Shown here: piece by piece, positions 59,753 through 64,000 of the stretch
How positions within the stretch are numbered: the stretch's first letter is position 1
How the letters are laid out: each line of letters begins with the position of its first letter
NCBI GenBank assembly: GCA_963840855.1
Contig: CAWJBB010000007.1
Span: 1 to 64,000 of the forward strand
Source of the DNA: an uncultured delta proteobacterium
GTDB lineage: Bacteria; Desulfobacterota; Binatia; UBA9968
Length of the DNA: 64,000 nt
Direction: 5' to 3'
Position numbers and translations under genes: made by a program
The notes under the pieces: generated by a model
What the model was told of the DNA's origin: nothing
Database searches by the model: none
Seen by the model: the letters and a program-made list of their open reading frames with translations, nothing else

Positions 59753-60754
59753 TTATCTTTTATAGAGCCCTTTAATGAACCCGGAGTCCTCTAATTCTTT
59801 AATGAAGCGCGTGTCGATATAATCCTTCACTTTGGCGTGGCCGGCTTTGGGATTTTTTTCCGCCATATCCTGAAGAACCAATTGGTAGCCGTCCGCCGGC
59901 GGATAAGGCGCGTCGGGCATGCACTTGGCGTGCCAGTCCCAAGCGTCTTCGAGCACTCGGCGGTCCTCGACCCGTGAATACTTTCTCATGACCTTGAGCG
60001 TTTCTTCCTTGTGCGTTTTGTAGAAATGAATCGCTTCGGTGTAGGCGCGCAGGTAGCGGCGCACCAGGTCCGGGTTCTCGCGGATCAGCTTCGTCGAAGT
60101 ATAGATGCCGTTCTGGGGAAAAGGAATTTGCAGCGTCACCATGTCCACGACGGTCGGATACCCTAATCTCTCGGCCTGGGCTTTCCCTGCCTCGGTGACC
60201 ACGGTAAATTGCACGATGCCCTTTTGCAGCGCGACCATGCGCTCGATGGCGCCCCCGATCACGCGCAAACTCACATCCTTCAGCGGGTCGAGACCGATTC
60301 GTTTCAGACCGACTTTGAGGGCGAACTCCGCGGTGGTTCCGGCAATGTGCGTGCCGCCGATTTTTCCTTTGAGATCTTCGTGTCTCTTGATGCTTGGGTG
60401 CGAAACCAGATAATACGGCAACACGTTCACGTTGCCGGCGACGGCAACCACATCGCCGCCGGCGAGCCGCGCGCTTGCCAACCCTGGCCCGCCCCCTTCA
60501 CCGATGGGAATTTCTCCCGCCAGGATTGCCTGAATGCCTCGGACGCTGCCCGAGATAAATATCACAGTGGCGTCGATGCCATGTTTATCGAAGATGCGCG
60601 TGTCCTTCGCCACCTGAATCACGGTAGAGGTTCCTGGAGTCGTGGAAATATATGCGGTGTTGATTTTTTGAGCCGTGGCCGGTTCAGGCGCCGAAATTGC
60701 GCCAATAAAAGTCACCGGCATCAAGAAAACAAGAAGTCGTGAAGTGCATCGCAT
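59753..60754 (-). CDS. ABC substrate-binding protein, NMT1/SsuA-like
   Basis: IFDKHGID, AILAGEI, DLKGKIGG, ENPDLVRRYLRA, IDTRFIKELEDSGFI. Confidence 0.88.
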   Translation of the reverse strand: MRCTSRLLVFLMPVTFIGAISAPEPATAQKINTAYISTTPGTSTVIQVAKDTRIFDKHGIDATVIFISGSVRGIQAILAGEIPIGEGGGPGLASARLAGGDVVAVAGNVNVLPYYLVSHPSIKRHEDLKGKIGGTHIAGTTAEFALKVGLKRIGLDPLKDVSLRVIGGAIERMVALQKGIVQFTVVTEAGKAQAERLGYPTVVDMVTLQIPFPQNGIYTSTKLIRENPDLVRRYLRAYTEAIHFYKTHKEETLKVMRKYSRVEDRRVLEDAWDWHAKCMPDAPYPPADGYQLVLQDMAEKNPKAGHAKVKDYIDTRFIKELEDSGFIKGLYKR

Positions 60755-60888
60755 GCCTTACCTCCGGCGCGTCCTATCCTGACGGCCCTTATTTAATCTC
60801 GCAGGCTACACTACTTGATGGCTCTTGGGTAACGAAATCTTCCAGTCGCGTTGACTTCGGCGCTGTTTTCAACTTCAATTGCCTCGAA

Positions 60889-61536
60889 ATGAAAAAGCCC
60901 ATCGACCTCGTGATGTTCGATCTGGACGGCACCTTGGCGGACACCGGGCGGGATCTCGCGGACGCGGTTAACTTTACCCGCGCTCACTTCGATCTGCCCA
61001 ACTTGCCGCATGCCACGGTGCTGGCTCATGTCGGGCGCGGCGTGGAGCACCTGCTTAGACAGGCTCTTCCCGAAGAAAATCCGCATCACTTCGAAGACGT
61101 TCTACGCGTGTTTCTCCGGCGCTATGAAGATCACCTGCTGGACGCCACTGTGCTGTATCCCAATGTTCGTGAAACGCTGGAGTATTTTCGCGAAAAGCGG
61201 CGGGCTGTGGTGAGCAACAAAATGCGCCGGCTTACGGTTGCGGTGCTGCGCGGCTTGGGAGTCGAGAAATTTTTTGACATGATCTTGGGAGGGGACAGCG
61301 CGCCGGAAAAAAAACCCGCTCCCGCGCTCTTGCATCGGGCGCTGGTGCGCTTCGCGGTGCCGGCCGAGCGCGCTCTGATGATCGGCGACGGCGATATCGA
61401 CATCGAAGCCGGCAAACAGGCCGGCGTGGTAACTTGCGGCGTGACCTACGGCTTGGGCCGAAAAGAAGATATCATTGCGGCGGCACCGGACTTTATTATC
61501 GATAGTCTATCCGAACTCGAAGGTCATATTTGCTAG
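60889..61536 (+). CDS. HAD-IA hydrolase (phosphoglycolate phosphatase-like)
   Basis: MFDLDGTLADT, VVSNK, KKPAP, MIGDGDIDI. Confidence 0.88.
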   Translation: MKKPIDLVMFDLDGTLADTGRDLADAVNFTRAHFDLPNLPHATVLAHVGRGVEHLLRQALPEENPHHFEDVLRVFLRRYEDHLLDATVLYPNVRETLEYFREKRRAVVSNKMRRLTVAVLRGLGVEKFFDMILGGDSAPEKKPAPALLHRALVRFAVPAERALMIGDGDIDIEAGKQAGVVTCGVTYGLGRKEDIIAAAPDFIIDSLSELEGHIC

Positions 61537-61565
61537 ACCGACGTATTACCTAGAGGAGGTTTGTC

Positions 61566-61964
61566 ATGGCAGGCGCAATTTCCGATCAATTCAAAGACCT
61601 TTTTTCGAAGGTGGCCTTCGCCCAGCTGGCCACGTTGATGCCCGATGGAAGCCCTCAAGTCACGCCCGTTTGGTGCGACTTCGACGGCACCAACGTGCGG
61701 GTCAACTCGGCCAAGGGCCGTGTCAAAGACAAGAACATGCGACGCGACAAGAAAGTCGCGCTTTCGGTGCAGGACCCCGAAAACCCATACCGTTATCTCG
61801 CCATGCGCGGCGAGGTCGTGGAGATCACCGAGGAAGGCGCGGACGCGCACATCGATGCGCTGGCCAAAAAATACCTGGGTAAAGACAAGTATCCGTTTCG
61901 CGGGCCGGGGGAAGTTCGCGTGATTTACAAGATCAGACCGGTAAACGTTCACACGATGGGGTAA
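61566..61964 (+). CDS. PPOX-class putative F420-dependent oxidoreductase
   Basis: LATLMPDGSPQVTPVW, KDKNMRRD.KVALS, DPENPYRY, HIDALAKKYLG. Confidence 0.85.
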   Translation: MAGAISDQFKDLFSKVAFAQLATLMPDGSPQVTPVWCDFDGTNVRVNSAKGRVKDKNMRRDKKVALSVQDPENPYRYLAMRGEVVEITEEGADAHIDALAKKYLGKDKYPFRGPGEVRVIYKIRPVNVHTMG

Positions 61965-62128
61965 AACCTTGGACCGTTCAAGTCGTTGCAAACGTTTTAA
62001 ACCCAGTTCGAGAACCGGCTCCGCTTCCGGTTGCCTGACGGCGATTTACTTTTGTATTGCTGCGTAAGTTTTGAGCCTGACTGCGGAACTTTGAGCCGTC
62101 AACTCGGAACCGCGTAAATACGCCGGCC

Positions 62129-63562
62129 TTAGCGCGCCTCCAAATAATCCGCGGCAGCTTCGGCAGCAGCGGCGTCGTTGCCGTTAAACTTGTTCAGCGC
62201 GGCGAGAGCGGCGACTTTGTAACATTCCGCCAGGGTCGGGTAGTTGAAGACGTTATCCACGAAATAATCGAGCTTGCCGTGGTGAGCCATGACCGCCTGA
62301 CCGATGTGAATCAGCTCGGTGGCCCCTTCCCCGATACCATGCACGCCCAAAAGCTCCCGCGTCTGGCTGTGAAACAGCAGCTTTAGCATGCCCACGGTAT
62401 CGCCGATCAACTGTCCCCTGGCGATCTCGCGATAACGCGCAATGCCCGCTTCATAGGGCACGCCGTCGCGAGTCAGCTCCTCTTCGTTGCGCCCGACCAT
62501 CGAGATTTCCGGAATGCTGTAGATGCCATATGGTAGTAGATGATTGGTGGTTTCGCAGCGAATGCTGAAGGCGTGGCAGGCCGCGTGCCGCCCCTGCTGC
62601 ATGGAAGTCGACGCAAGCGACGGAAAACCGATCACGTCGCCGACGGCGTAAATATGCGGCAGAGCCGTTTGATAGTTTTCGTTAACCGTGATCCGCCCGC
62701 GCTCGTCGGGCTCGATGCCGATGCCTTCCAGGCCGAGTTCTTTGGTGGCGCCGACGCGTCCGATCGAATAAAGCAGCAACGGCGCGCGAATCTGCTTGCC
62801 GCTTTTTAGTTTGACCGTCGCGGACTTGTCCGCCGACTTTTCCACCCCCACTACTTCCTCGTTGAACCTGAGGGTCACGCCGATCTGGCGCATCTGATAC
62901 TGCAATGCCTCGATGATCTCGGTGTCCACGAACTCCAGCAGGCGCGGGCGTCGTTCCACGAGCACGACAGGGATGCCGAGGGTTGCCAGGATGCAGGCGT
63001 ATTCACAGCCGATGACGCCGCCGCCGACGATGGTCAATGATTTCGGCAACTGCTTGAGGGTCAGCAAGCAGTCGCTGTCGATCACCGTCTCGCCGTCGAA
63101 GGGGATATCCGCGGGATGGGCTGGCTCGGTGCCGCAGGCGATGACGATATGGTCTGCGGTAAATTCCTCCTGGGTCGTCCCATGCCGAATGCTGAGCCGG
63201 TGCGGCGCGACGAAGGCCGCAGCCCCTTTGATGAAGTCGACGTGATTGCGCGCCAGTTGGTGCTGGATGATCTCCTGCTCCGCCTTGATCACGTGTTGGC
63301 AGCGTAACGAAAGATCTTCGAGGGTGACGTCCGATTTGACCCGGAAGCTCGCGCCGTAGACATTGCGCTGGCGAAATCCGGAAAGAAACATTACCGCTTC
63401 GCGGAGAGACTTGCTCGGAATAGTGCCGGTGTTGATGCAGATGCCGCCGACGACTTCGCGCCGCTCCATAATACCGGCCTTTTTGCCGGCTTTTGCCGCC
63501 TGGATTGCGGCCTTCTGCCCGGCGGGGCCGGAACCGATCACAAGCATGTCATAGTGGGTCAT
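62129..63562 (-). CDS. sthA: Soluble (Si-specific) NAD(P)+ transhydrogenase
   Basis: VIGSGPAGQKAA, GTIPSKSLRE, GGGVIGCEYA, GDVIGFPSLASTSMQQGR, FNYPTLAECYK. Confidence 0.92.
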   Translation of the reverse strand: MTHYDMLVIGSGPAGQKAAIQAAKAGKKAGIMERREVVGGICINTGTIPSKSLREAVMFLSGFRQRNVYGASFRVKSDVTLEDLSLRCQHVIKAEQEIIQHQLARNHVDFIKGAAAFVAPHRLSIRHGTTQEEFTADHIVIACGTEPAHPADIPFDGETVIDSDCLLTLKQLPKSLTIVGGGVIGCEYACILATLGIPVVLVERRPRLLEFVDTEIIEALQYQMRQIGVTLRFNEEVVGVEKSADKSATVKLKSGKQIRAPLLLYSIGRVGATKELGLEGIGIEPDERGRITVNENYQTALPHIYAVGDVIGFPSLASTSMQQGRHAACHAFSIRCETTNHLLPYGIYSIPEISMVGRNEEELTRDGVPYEAGIARYREIARGQLIGDTVGMLKLLFHSQTRELLGVHGIGEGATELIHIGQAVMAHHGKLDYFVDNVFNYPTLAECYKVAALAALNKFNGNDAAAAEAAADYLEAR

Positions 63563-64000
63563 GGCACGCTCCTTGTCCCTCGTCATCGAGTTTTATCTTG
63601 CCGCGCGTCATCCGGGCCGTGCTTTCTCTGTTTAATGTCTGGAAGTTGAACGCAAACCACAAACGATTCCTGATGACTCGTTGTAAAGGTGAGATCGGCA
63701 GCTTTCAGGACATCTTCAGCGATTGAGCTACAATCTGCGCCTTTCGGAGCATTCTTCTTGCCAAAAACATCCTGATTGCGCCGCATTAGCACTTACGTGA
63801 ATAAGGGCGTCAAAATTCCGACGTTCTGTATGGCTCGATCGCGCAGAACGCCGGCGCGTGACCCGCGGGACTTTTTCGTCCGCCGGGGGTCAATTTTCCC
63901 CGCCGTGCGCACCGGTTACATCGCTTGAGACTGTAACTCAAGGCTGACGGAATCGCCAACAAAAAGAAACCAAGGAATGTTAAGAGAATGTGAAACGATG

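Noticed and set aside
63600-64000. Possible ncRNA upstream of sthA
   Set aside because: Only short weak hairpins and no recognisable consensus; likely a divergent promoter region cut by the window edge

Overview
GC-rich bacterial chromosome segment with about 55 genes. The expansions of NMT1-, Bug- and ABC_sub_bind-type binding proteins and Rieske oxygenases resemble soil Candidatus Binatota/deltaproteobacterial genomes; this taxonomy is inference. Scattered single-base frameshifts and a poly-C junction suggest an unpolished long-read assembly. Main elements: (1) two hydantoinase B/oxoprolinase paralogues; (2) a disrupted hybrid histidine kinase plus response regulator; (3) a 13-kb aromatic-catabolism cluster: an atypical LigB/LigA-like dioxygenase, four intact Rieske oxygenases in a duplicated [type A - binding protein - type B] module, a fifth internally deleted Rieske gene, and three paralogous binding proteins with one ABC permease/ATPase; (4) a membrane-anchored coiled-coil protein built from 192-nt (64-aa) repeats; (5) a selenoprotein missed by the ORF track: GrdA with in-frame UGA and a SECIS-like hairpin, next to grdC and a macrodomain gene but without the other glycine-reductase genes; (6) many intergenic heptamer/nonamer inverted arrays and REP-like palindromes. 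No rRNA, tRNA, CRISPR array or transposase gene was found.
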